A stretch of DNA of 62,559 bases, filler included, from Craspedostauros australis (Eukaryota), in assembly GCA_030167865.1 (NCBI GenBank). It is 8 parts of 8 records of this genome, joined end to end, with 100 filler letters (N's around TTAATTAATTAA, not from the genome) between each part and the next. Parts side by side here need not be neighbours in the genome. Positions count along the whole stretch, not along the records: positions 1 to 7,640 come from JALAGF010006696.1; positions 7,741 to 16,260 come from JALAGF010006697.1; 6 more parts are not named here. The stretch is one strand, 5' to 3'. Positions 1 through 11,030 of the stretch are shown here, one piece after another. The stretch's first letter is position 1; every line of letters starts with the position of its first letter. Both the position numbers and the translations under genes were made by a program. The notes below the pieces were generated by a model. That model searched no databases and was not told the origin of the DNA. It worked only from the letters and a program-made list of their open reading frames with translations.

Positions 1-2
1 TT

Positions 3-941
3 GGATGAAACATTCTTGTCCAAGATGTGGTACATGCAACGCGTGTGAGTGACGCCCCATCCTGCCAACATCGTTTGCACTTCGACGCTCTCAAGGCCCT
101 TCGCACCATCGCTCATGAGCAGGCGCACCTTTGGAAAGCTGTTCCTCACATGATCGAGGAACCATTTCCAGTTGCTTGCTGTTTCAACAGGGAGAATGCC
201 AAATGCAAGAATGACGAGTTGGCGTGANGCNTCATAAGCGGTCAGGAGGCACATGTAACCCTTCACTGCAGATCGAAGGTGAGTGGCATCCACNCACACC
301 ATACCATCGAAATGAGAGAATGTCTTGATGCTTCCACCAGGTGCACAAAAGACGCGGCGCAATTGCATTCCATCGTCACCATTGATGTCACCTTGGACTG
401 GACCAATGTCAACCTTGTACGCTCCTCCACTGTCTTTCTCAGCCACAGCACCGATGTAGGACCGAATCAATTTGCACTCGGCCAAGTGCTTCTCGATTGT
501 AACTCCTTTGTCCCTGATGATATTGTAGAGCTGCCCTTTTTTTACTGTGATGGACAATTCGTTCTTGATCATGTTACCCAGTTGCTGGCGTCCGCCTGCA
601 GCAGGAACTTGATACTTCCCAATGATGTCAGTCATCTTGTCCAAGATGGCAGTTTTGTAGCTTGCCTTGCGGGTACATGTGCCCTGACAAGTATGGCCAA
701 CGAAGTGCGTGATGCGGACCCCTTTGCCATTCTTCAAGAGACGAGCACGGCAGTCGAAGGGACAGTCAGTAGAAACAGAGCACACGAGCTTGATTGCATC
801 GCCTGACCTCTTCTTTTGAATGTATCCGGCACCAACAGACAAGCTGTGCGACAATACAGCCGCACAAACATGAATGAAGTCCACTCCTTCCTTTTCCGCT
901 CCCTTTGCAAGGGTGATGAACGATTTGCTGTTGCTGGACAT
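3..941 (-). CDS. Mutator/MULE (MuDR-like) transposase, 3'-truncated by the window edge
   Basis: Hand translation of the minus strand from ATG 941 is open to the window edge (absent from the ORF track because it has no stop). It reads MSSNSKSF..LVCSVSTDCPFDCRAR..HFVGHTC (WRKY-like zinc finger)..VDATHL..KGYMCLLTAY..QLVILAFGILPVE...WKWFL..LMSDGAKGL..HTRCMYHILDKN, which are typical MULE D, D and CxxH motifs. Confidence 0.9.
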   Translation of the reverse strand, partial: MSSNSKSFITLAKGAEKEGVDFIHVCAAVLSHSLSVGAGYIQKKRSGDAIKLVCSVSTDCPFDCRARLLKNGKGVRITHFVGHTCQGTCTRKASYKTAILDKMTDIIGKYQVPAAGGRQQLGNMIKNELSITVKKGQLYNIIRDKGVTIEKHLAECKLIRSYIGAVAEKDSGGAYKVDIGPVQGDINGDDGMQLRRVFCAPGGSIKTFSHFDGMVXVDATHLRSAVKGYMCLLTAYXXSRQLVILAFGILPVETASNWKWFLDHVRNSFPKVRLLMSDGAKGLESVEVQTMLAGWGVTHTRCMYHILDKNVSS

Positions 942-1611
942 GCTGGTTGTTGAACAGTTTGATGCGATTGTTGTGTTTGCTATGTTGGATGTAATTTATG
1001 TTATGGCTCGGCAGCCTGTTGTTTTGCATGCTCAGATGGATGCAGTGCATTTGTATGGAGCCACTCGATGATACATTTGGTCAGAGCACGATCCAAGGCA
1101 CAAAGAATCGGAGCAAACGGATGGATGATGCGCATATCTACGACTAAAGTAGGCATTAATTCCCTTCACAGGACGTCATACATTCGGATGGACTATTTAC
1201 TTGCATTCTATAATGAGTATGGCAATCATGTATGATGTGTATTGTGCTTTTTGTGCATGTTACAGGTAGTCTACATTTATGTGCTAACCTCGGATGTTGG
1301 CAAGAAATCTCTGTGTCCATGGGATGTCGCATCGACATTCGCACGTTTTGATACTTTAAGTAACACAAAACAGGCTGGTTGGTGGAAATCGGCACTCCAA
1401 AAGGGCTGGTTCGTGAATTTCCTCACAACTTTTACACTTGCGAAGAAATCACTTTATGAACAAATAAACTGCAATTTTTACGTGCAGTATCTCCGTTTGA
1501 GTATCTCGAGTTGACAAACTCCATTGTCACAACTGAACGACGATTCCGACCGATACCTTCATGATATCGTTGCGTTGGGACTATCGTATGCTCCGTATAC
1601 GGAGCATACGA

Positions 1612-1757
1612 TGGCGGGACCTGCAGTCCGTCCTGGGATGGTGGCAACATACGGGGCTTTCGACCAAGCCGCCCACATATTCATAAACTAGATAAAAATA
1701 TAAGATGCGCTGTGGACGCCGATTTTGCTTTAATGTCTTATTTTAATTTTATGGACC
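1612..1757 (+). repeat. Left terminal inverted repeat of the Sola3-like element
   Basis: TGGCGGGACCTGCAGTCCGTCCTGGGATGG...TTTTATGGACC is the reverse complement of 6055-6201 with few mismatches. Confidence 0.9.
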
Positions 1758-2186
1758 TTCGTAGATTTACGGTCCACTTGGTCGAATACACACGCTGCTC
1801 CGTGATGGCAGGACGACATTTATTAGCTTTTCCGATGCAAACAACGCAATGTGCCCAGACACGTTCGGGAAAGGCCATTTTTTGACGGGTTGTGCACGGA
1901 ATTTGACATTTCAGCGACTTCATTGTTTGACCTGTCCGAACACACTTTCTTAGCCAATAACCGTTATTAGACGTTGTCATTCAAATTCAAATTTGATCTC
2001 TCGTCACATGTCACAAATCTCCTCACATTTTGCCGCCAAATCGAATTTTGCTTCTCCGTGTTGGCGTGCGGTGCATGTGGCATGCTCATGCAGCGTCTGT
2101 ATAGTCACCTTCTTGCCCTCCTGCTGCTCAGTTCACTTCCATCAATACTACTCATCTCCTTCCTCCCATCAGTATCAATCAACGTC

Positions 2187-5100
2187 ATGCCCGTCTCTAC
2201 CACGAAAGCTGCGTCGAAGGACGCCAATCCTTCTCCCTCCAAGAAGCAACGCTTGCCATCCTCTCCATCCGTGCGCCCGTTTCCATCGGATCCGATCGAT
2301 TGCAAGGCACTGTTTGCGCCATCTACTGGTGAGAAGCTTCTGCCTCCATTGGGTATGGGTGGTAAGCAACACATTCCACCACCTACAACAAACAAGCTGT
2401 TGCCTCCTGCACTCAAAGGCGCGACCTTTGACAACGAGTGTGATGTTGAGATCCTCACCAACAACAAACAGGCTCGCACACTCAATGCAACCAACGAGAA
2501 GCTCTTCGTTTGCGTGCACATCACCACTGACAATGGCATGATTCTTGATACCTCCAAGGTCACTGTGCAGGCCTTTGGACATGGTGTCGATGCGAATACA
2601 AAGGTGCATGTCAATGTCTGCGTCTCGACTCTGGAATTCCTCCCCACACCCCTTTCCGCACCTGCCATCCAACCAGAAAAGAAAGGCAAGCGCATCCAAC
2701 GTGGCGATGCTGGCGACTACGAAGCCTACTGCCCCAAGAGACACAACAGAACCAAGACCAGGAAATCAAGCGCAAGAAGGTTCGGATTCAAACCCAACAA
2801 GGAGAGGACTGATGCATTTGAAACCATGCGCGAGGTCTTGCAGGAGCTCGGAGTGAAGACCCTCGCTTCTGTTCTTGCTGACTTTCCTCGTTGCGGATTT
2901 GTATTGGGGCGCAACTCCGACAGGCAAGTGTGGAGCAAAGTGAAGAAGATCTTTGTGGTGGCCTCCAATGCGCTGTGGAAAGCGCTGATCCCAGCCACGA
3001 CCTTGCCAGTTCCGCAGATGGAGCAAGTGGTGGCGTTCGTGTGCGCAGGAGTGGACTTGCCGCCAGTCAAACTAGCTCCCAACCTCTACACGATTTGCCT
3101 CGTCGGTGAGAAGAACATTGCACGCACAGCAAGGTGCATTCTCGCCATGTCTGCCTCGCCATGCCAGTGCACAAACCTCCTCACCTGATACAAGAGCAAA
3201 CTTCCTGATGTTCAGCGTCTCGGCCTCTTGTCACAGCAATACACCATCACGCGGGGCCAGCTCCTCACTCTGCGCAACTACTACAAGCTGTTGAGCGAGG
3301 GCAATGTGCTTGGTGCTGCTGTCAACAACTATCACATCAGCGCATACAGCTTGGACTGCGTGGTGTCCTTCATCAGCAACACTACCACATACAAGGCAAG
3401 ACTTTGTCACAACATCAAGTGGGGAGGGGTGATATTTGAAAATGTGCCAGTATTCAAATGTGGCAGGACGAGCATCGACGAGCTGTTCCAAATATACAAG
3501 ACTACGACAAACAACCCAGTCGGTGAGCCAGCATTCCGACAAATGACAGGCCTGCTCATGCGCAGAGGCAAAGTGGTTACTGGTCTCTCCTCTTTTGAAA
3601 ACTACTTCTGGATGGCAACCAAGATGCTGAAGGAGATGCTCGTGCTCTTGAATACCCTACTCGAGGATTCATTCAATGGTGATGACGGACATGACAACCT
3701 AACCGTGGAGTACATTCAAACCTGTGAGACATTGTTGCGCGATCTGGACCTTATGATCACATTCCTCAAGTGGGAGTATACCGCGTCGCACATGCAGATC
3801 AAGTGCGAAGAAGACCCGATGCATTGCGCTCATTTCGCCCTTTGCCACGATTGAAAAATTCGACAGGCTAAGTCTACACTCAGCACCAAACACACAACAG
3901 TGCCTGCCAACACCAACATGACATACATGGTCATCCATCCTTCCACAGCAACCACAGAGTGTGACGCCAACTCCCTTTCTCCCATCACTCACGATCAACA
4001 AGGCAAGGTATGCGACAGATGTGGAGAAGCGATGCGATTCATGGATGATCGCGTCACACCATTCATCGAGACGCTCAAGGCCAATCATCTATGCGACCAC
4101 AAGGATGAACTATGCAGTATGCTGGAGGAAGTACTGGGCTTCAACAACGAGATCATTGCGTACGTGGCACACCAAGTGAGAGCAAAGGTCCAATTCGAGC
4201 AGATGAACACGTACAAGGCCAAGCTCAACAACAATGACAAGTGCGCCTATGTTGTCATCGACCATAAGCAGAAGATTCTGTTGACAGCGCAAGGAGAATC
4301 GCAGACAGAGCATTGAGGCAAGAAGGGCATGTCCCTCCTTGGTGTTATGATTGTCACCTGCAAAAATGACGAATTCACGTATCGCTTTGTTGACATAATT
4401 GTTCATGGCCGGCCAACCCAAGACACACTTCAAGTCCGTGGGCTTCTCAAAGTCATCCAGAAGAAGGTACGCGATCTCCTACCATCGGTCACAGAAATCA
4501 TCCTGCAGTCAGACAACGCGGGCTGCTTCGCCAGCCATGAGCACATCGCGCTCGTCTCATCGCGGATCAACAAGAACGCGTCATGCAAAGGACTTCCCCA
4601 ATTTGTCATTTGGATCTACACAGAAGCCCAAACAGGCAAAGAGCTAATCGACACTCACTTTGCTTACATCACTATCGTACTACAATCCTACATGCAAAGC
4701 AGCGGAAAAAATCAAACCAAACACGAAATCTTCAACGCGATGCGAATGGGAAATATCAGAGGTACTACTACTGTTTTGGTTGACGTGTCGGGTTTGGAAG
4801 GTTGCTGTGTGATGCACAAGACAAATCCGCGCAACAGGGTCCGCGCGAAGGGCATGAATGTACGATCAACGCATGAGGTGCAACACGGAAACGGCTATGC
4901 AGACTTACTTGCAGCTTCAAATGTCACTGATCCAGTGCGTGTGGAGGAAGCGGAATGGGAAGACTATGACATCATGAATTTCGAGGTTCCCATCATCAAT
5001 GAACACCAATCGACGCAACAACCACTCACAGCAATATCACCGCGGAAGCAGAAAAATACCCTCAGGTTCGCGAAGAGTGACACCGAAAGCAAGGCGCTGA

Positions 5101-5772
5101 CGTACCTCGAAGCGATCAACATGGCAGCCTTGGAGACACCTGACGTAAGTAGTGTACTGCAGGACACCACAGCAGCAACAGAACACCCACAATTGGCTGA
5201 GCCTGGTTGGGCTGCGAAAGCCGTACGATGTAACGAGCCCATTTGCCCATACCTGATGGAAGTGTTGGAGGAGGTGTGCAGAGTGGCACGCGCGGACCCC
5301 AAGAACAGACCGACCGAGTACGAGGCATTCAGGCGGTGCATGGAGACGACCGAAATGAAGACTGACTGGTATGCGTGGGTACACGTGAACCCAATGCGAG
5401 TGAAGCAATACATGTCCGCGTCGTACCAGCGCACGACACCGAAGGCCGCGAACACAAGTACCCCAAAAATCACGATATACAAAAAACGCGACAAACACAA
5501 CAAACACAACGAACACAACGAACACCCCACCACCGACGAACACGAATAGCACCGACACAGAGATCGTGCCTGCACAACACACAACAGCAGATGAGGAGGA
5601 AATCGCGCTGCAACAAGAAGAAAACGAAGCATCGGAGCAAATTGCGTGCGAGACACAAATAATGAAGGAGAATACGGAATCTCCGGAGTTGGTGGAACAA
5701 AATGTGAGGCCACAATTGTTGCGGCGCGTCAGAGCTGCAATGGAGGCAAGTTATTACACATGTGAAACCTAA
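2187..5772 (+). pseudogene. Sola3-like transposase (~1190 codons) with 3 in-frame TGA stops and a late frameshift
   Basis: ORFs starting 1974, 3228, 3900 and 4329 share one frame, separated by TGA at 3186, 3852 and 4314. Motifs IDHKQK (D 4260), E.Q.E.(W)GKKGMS, QSDNAGCF (D 4512), YTEAQTGK..IDTHF (D 4650) and PGWA.K. The acidic tail at 5566-5772 matches the tail at 8170-8332. Confidence 0.8.
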
Positions 5773-6054
5773 TTAAGATGAAAAGGGGTAAAGATGCAGA
5801 TTATGAGTCTTATCGATGTCGTACGAGTCTGTGCAACTGCTTCACTGCTGGATCGTCCGTGATTGGTGCGCGTGTTCACAGCGTAACGCCAATTCAACGG
5901 TTTCACACGTATCACGGTTTGGAGGGACTAAGAAAATAAATTAGCACTGCAATTGACATAGATAATTCTTCTTTTGGCGATACGAATCAAGGCACCAAGA
6001 CACTGAATCTGGCCGTTGTGCGCTAGTCGTGTCTAGATGAGCGCGAAATCGATG

Positions 6055-6201
6055 GGTCCATAAAACTTAAAATAAGATATTAAAGCACAATCTGCGTCCA
6101 CAATGCATCTTATATTTTTATCTAGTTTATGAATATGTGGGTGGCTTGGTCGAAAGCCCCGTATGTTGCCACCATCCCAGGACGGACTGCAGGTCCCGTC
6201 A
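6055..6201 (-). repeat. Right terminal inverted repeat of the Sola3-like element
   Basis: GGTCCATAAAACTTAAAATAAG...GGACTGCAGGTCCCGTCA, inverted copy of 1612-1757. Confidence 0.9.
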
Positions 6202-6232
6202 CTCAAGTGGGTCGTATTGTTGTCGCTCATAT

Positions 6233-6861
6233 CCCTAATGAGATTTTGGGCCCCCGATGTGACAAATTTGGCACTTCACATTGATGTGACAAATTTGGAT
6301 CGATGTGCCACATTTGTCACNNNNNNNNNNNNNNNNNNNNNNNNNNNNNNNNNNNNNNNNNNNNNNNNNNNNNNNNNNNNNNNNNNNNNNNNNNNNNNNG
6401 CGCTTTTGTGTCCTCAAAACTCTTGATTGTTGTTTCTCCAGGATTGGCGTTTGTGCTTCTGTTGGTTTCCGACGACGGTGAGACTATTCGATGCTTCACG
6501 GAACTTGGTTCAGTGCTATTTCCAAGCGAAGTCTGTGATTTTCATCCAATCATTGTCTTTCAACAGTGTCTATGCACGAAGCGTTCCGGCTTGTTGATAA
6601 TTAATTCATTTATGGGGTATGTCCTTAGGGTTCTGAATTCCTTATGTGGCCTTGTTTGCAGCGGAAATTGCCTGCGCCAGAAGGTNNNNNNNNNNNNNNN
6701 NNNNNNNNNNNNNNNNNNNNNNNNNNNNNNNNNNNNNNNNNNNNNNNNNNNNNNNNNNNNNNNNNNNNNNNNNNNNNNNNNNNNGCGCTGTTGATGCGAA
6801 CCCAAAAGAAGTGACAAATTTGGCACATGTGCCAAATTTGTCAGCAAAAAACTCATTAGGG
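6233..6861. mobile_element. Non-autonomous TIR element with CCC..GGG ends and ATAT TSD (piggyBac-like or Sola1-like)
   Basis: ATAT|CCCTAATGAG ... CTCATTAGGG|ATAT, with subterminal GTGACAAATTTGG repeats at both ends. Contains two N gaps. Confidence 0.75.
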
Positions 6862-7684
6862 ATATCAAGTACTACCACCAAAATACCAAGACATACGAAA
6901 AATTGAAAAAATTGTTTCAACAAAATCCCAACAAAACAAGGACAGAAGTGTCCCTTTGATGTGAACGGTGACACGGCGCCATCGCCACCAACTATGCCAA
7001 CATCAACACCAGGAGTGGCATCGACACAGAAAATGGTATCGACACTGTCATTGAGTCCAACTATGCAGAGGCTTGCATTAACAAAAAGGTCCAACCCATG
7101 CTCTGTATAGTGCTTGGAACAACTACCTGCTGAACACATTCAGCCACGCTTCCGACTATACACATCCAAAGACGCACATCCAACAATGCAGTCTCCATCC
7201 GCTTTGTTGGAGGTGATGGCAACATCAAGATTGCCAGTTCTATTGCCTATCCGCTTTTTGTGTCGCCCCCATTTGGGGCCACAAGAGGCCACAAGGGGCT
7301 ACAGGGTCGAAGTAGTCGAATCCTGGTNNNNNNNNNNNNNNNNNNNNNNNNNNNNNNNNNNNNNNNNNNNNNNNNNNNNNNNNNNNNNNNNNNNNNNNNN
7401 NNNNNNNNNNNNNNNCCGGATTAACATTCACTCAATCCTACCAACACCAAACTTTACCAGCTATCTGTCCTGCATCTGTTGCATCCCTCCCCGAAGTTTT
7501 GTGTTCACATCTCTTCTCCTCGTTGAGTTCTGCGACATCCAATATCGTCGGGTCCAGTCACTGGAAACCGGTGGCATCGCTTCTTCCTGCCGATCATCCC
7601 TCCCCCTGCGGCGTTTCACTTCCTGTCCTGCATTGCATTGNNNNNNNNNNNNNNNNNNNNNNNNNNNNNNNNNNNNNNNNNNNN

Positions 7685-7696
7685 TTAATTAATTAA
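7685..7696. other. Artificial scaffold linker TTAATTAATTAA within N runs (also 16305, 22349, 43801, 46944, 53603, 58288)
   Basis: The identical 12-mer, a stop in all six frames, is always embedded in N runs. Confidence 0.97.
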
Positions 7697-7740
7697 NNNN
7701 NNNNNNNNNNNNNNNNNNNNNNNNNNNNNNNNNNNNNNNN

Positions 7741-7823
7741 CTAATTCGATTAAACAGCCTCGATTCATCTCCATGGTCAAGTGAGTCAAACGACGAACAT
7801 TTCAATGGACTTGCCGGGTGTCC
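7741..7823 (+). mobile_element. End of a PIF/Harbinger element inserted into a Sola3-like transposase
   Basis: Matches 19454-19537 and ends ACTTGCCGGGTGTCC|CAG; the uninterrupted homolog reads CTCG-CAG-TGCCAGG at ~60205-60218. Confidence 0.85.
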
Positions 7824-10800
7824 CAGTGCCAGGTTGGGCAAGCAAAACAACACGGACCAACACCAAACTACCAGACTACATCGCGGACAAGTTGAAGGAC
7901 ATCTGTGAAGCGTCCGCGAAGGACCCAAAAAACAGGCCATCGGAGCACGANNNNNNNNNNNNNNNNNNNNNNNNNNNNNNNNNNNNNNNNNNNNNNNNNN
8001 NNNNNNNNNNNNNNNNNNNNNNNNNNNNNNNNNNNNNNNNNNNNNNNNNNNNNNNNNNNNNACAACGCAAAGAAAAGAAGGAGGCTGCCCTCATCAAGAC
8101 AGAAACCACCACAACACCGACCACCACCACCAACACAACAAGCACAGCAACAGCATCTGTAATCGTGGTGGCCCCCAATGCGCCAGCTGCAACAGAGGAG
8201 GAACGAATCGAAGAGGAGTTGCAGAGAGAGGAAGAGGAATTGGAGAATCAGAGGTGGTGTGATGCTCACACAGTGAAGGCGAATGCAGAAAGTGAGGCTG
8301 TGTTGGATGATGATGGCACGAAAATTTTGTGAGGGGTGTGCATCACCGCGATAGCACGAGTTGTGGAGTTTTGTGGGTGCCCGGCCAGGCTACTACAACG
8401 AGTCTAGATGCCATCCAAAAACACATCCAAATATCGGCTTGTCATGCTATATCTCAACAACAAACTGCTTAAAATCAAAACTAAGCATTGCATTCGTACA
8501 CATGACTATCGGTTTATCAGAATATTGAAGTTAAATGAGTATAGAAAATATTTTGGAAGTCATGTTGGTTTGCGGTGTTTTGTGTGGTGGATTCGGAAAA
8601 AATTGTTGATGCCACAATGTTGCCCTCCAATGAGCACACATGATCATCATCATCATCCTTGTATTTCAGCAAACTGTGCATACCATTCGCTCTGCATACC
8701 NNNCAGCTATCCGCTCCATGAAGCATGGACACAGATATCGGCTCTGCATGCAGCAATGCATCCACACACCGAAACAGATCGTTTTCGAAAAATCAGTTTC
8801 AATGTGGATGCAGTTTAGATATGGATCCGTATCTCGTCCATACGATCCTTTAACCCCCTCCAAGCGCTCCTCGTGCATTCCCACACTCCATGGCGACACG
8901 NNNNNNNNNNNNNNNNNNNNNNNNNNNNNNNNNNNNNNNNNNNNNNNNNNGGAATTGGAGAATCAGAGGTGGTGTGATGCTCACACAGTGAAGGCGAATG
9001 CAGAAAGTGAGGCTGTGTTGGATGATGATGGCACAAAAATTTTGTGAGGGGTGTGCATCACCGCGATAGCACTAGTTGTGGAGTGTTGTGGGTGCCCGGC
9101 CAGGCTACTAAAACGAGTCTAGATCCCACCCAAAAACACATCCAAATATCGGCTTGTCATGCTATATCTCAACAACAAACTGCTTAAAATTAAAACTAAG
9201 CATTGCATTCGTACACATGACTATCGGTTTATCAGAATATTGAAGTTAAATGAGTATAGAAAATATTTTGGAAGTCATGTTGGTTTGCGGTGTTTTGTGT
9301 GGTGGATTCGGAAAAAATTGTTGATGCCACAATGTTGCCCTCCAATGAGCACACATGATCATCATCATCATCCTTGTATTTCAGCAAACTGTGCATACCA
9401 TTCGCTCTGCATACCTCCCAGCTATCCGCTCCATGAAGCATGGACACAGATATCGGCTCTGCATGCAGCAATGCATCCACACACCAAAACAGATCGTTTT
9501 TGAAAAATCAGTTTCAATGTGGATGCAGTTCAGATATGGATCCGTATCTCGTCCATACGATCCTTTAACCCCCTCCAAGCGCTCCNNNNNNNNNNNNNNN
9601 NNNNNNNNNNNNNNNNNNNNNNNNNNNNNNNNNNNTAACCCCCTCCAAGCGCTCCTCGTGCATTCCCACACTCCATGGCGACACGCGGCTGCATCCAGAA
9701 TGGGCTGGGAGTGCATGGCCGACGTAATGCACCTCCACAAGATGATGTGGTGGTGCATTTGTTGCTCCCACCAACAACGACCATTCTGCAGATATGGTCA
9801 GCTGCAGTCTCTTCCAGACAACTTGAGCANNNNNNNNNNNNNNNNNNNNNNNNNNNNNNNNNNNCGCACGCATCTTGTATGGGTGGCTTGGTGATTGAGG
9901 GGTGTCTTCCCATCGCCCCTCACAGCCAAAGCCACGCGACTGGTGCCAGGCGAGCCCCAACCAAAACTCTTGAAAACCACCTTTGCCTCTGCACGGACAC
10001 CTTCCCGGTGCTCCGCGACCCTCAAACTTCGAGGGTGCCTTCATCTTGGCCTCCTTGAGGCATCTTACCCATCCGTAGGCGCTGATATGGCCTGTGTGTG
10101 CCACACATCGGCCAAAACCAACCAGCCGATTTGGGGCCAAATTGTGATCGTATTTCTGGGGCCTACGACGGCCCCAAATCAACCCCTCTTCCCGCCTCCG
10201 TTCGTCCACCCACCAAACGTTGCGTGGAGNTGACGGCGATGTGCTTGGATCTTGAATTGGCCGGCTGGTTGTTGCGGCGCCAAGCATACCGTTCGACGGC
10301 CATTGTGGTATTTTTTTTTGTGTTGCTCCACTTCCATGTCGGTGTGTCGAGTTTGCCACTCTCAACCAGCCTCACATGTTGGGGGAAGTGGAGATTTACC
10401 TCCAATGGTACCGACTGTCCAAAAAGACCACGACACAAAACACTCGAGGAGTACCAACCCCGCTCAACCACTTCACCACGACGAAGCAGACCTGCTGATT
10501 TTCCGCATCGTGATATCATTGGTGTTTCATGACGAAACATCCAGTTTCGTGACGTCGATGACGGATTGGACAAGCACAATGTGCAATTCACGTAAACACG
10601 CGTTCGCCGCTTCCCCCAACATTCTACAACTAGTGCTATCGTGGAGGGACTGTTGGATGGCCTCATCCGAACACCTGAAAAAGAGACTAAACAATTCAAA
10701 ATCGGAACAAAGTTGCTGAAACAAAGAACAGCAAAGGGTTAAATTGGATCGATGTAGTCGGTAGAAGACGGCCGAGTCCCTAAAGCAGTCTAAAAATGCG

Positions 10801-10971
10801 CACATTGTCGGGTCCATAAAACTTAAAATAGGATCTATCTCAAAAATGTAATGGTTAATTATTTATAAAGAGAGGTAGGAGAATACGAATATGTACGTTG
10901 TTTGGATATCTGAGACAAAAGTTCTGGAGTCCCGTAACAAAGTGCAGGTCGACTCACTAAGTGGGGTCTTA
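7824..10971 (+). mobile_element. 3' part of a second Sola3-like element: transposase C-terminus (to 8332), long non-coding region and right end
   Basis: VPGWASKT..KDPKNRPSEH..acidic tail homologous to 5200-5772 and 60210-60700. 10811-10971 resembles the right TIR (GGTCCATAAAACTTAAAATA...GCAGGTC...AAGTGGGGTCTTA). Confidence 0.8.
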
Positions 10972-11030
10972 TGTACTCCTGGAAGTATCGCACGTTCATG
11001 CGAGGATGCTGAAAATGACTCTGCATGAGT

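Larger units (their letters stand above)
1607..6216 (+). mobile_element. Sola3-like DDD DNA transposon, ~4.6 kb, both ends present
   Basis: Inverted repeats at 1612-1757 and 6055-6201 bracket a decayed transposase; the outermost matching bases are TACGA (1607-1611) and TCGTA (6212-6216). No N gaps inside. Confidence 0.8.

Noticed and set aside
3186..4316. Three in-frame TGA codons as readthrough, selenocysteine or an alternative genetic code
   Set aside because: One aligns to TGG in the open copy (~59048) and the others are plausibly CGA>TGA. The gene also has a frameshift and the host PDF gene ends in TGA, so ordinary decay explains it.
9565..10365. Minus-strand ORFs (also 61204-61767 and 54754-55263) as a cargo protein such as Fanzor/TnpB
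   Set aside because: No RuvC or zinc-finger motifs; stops differ between copies and substitutions are block-like rather than synonymous.
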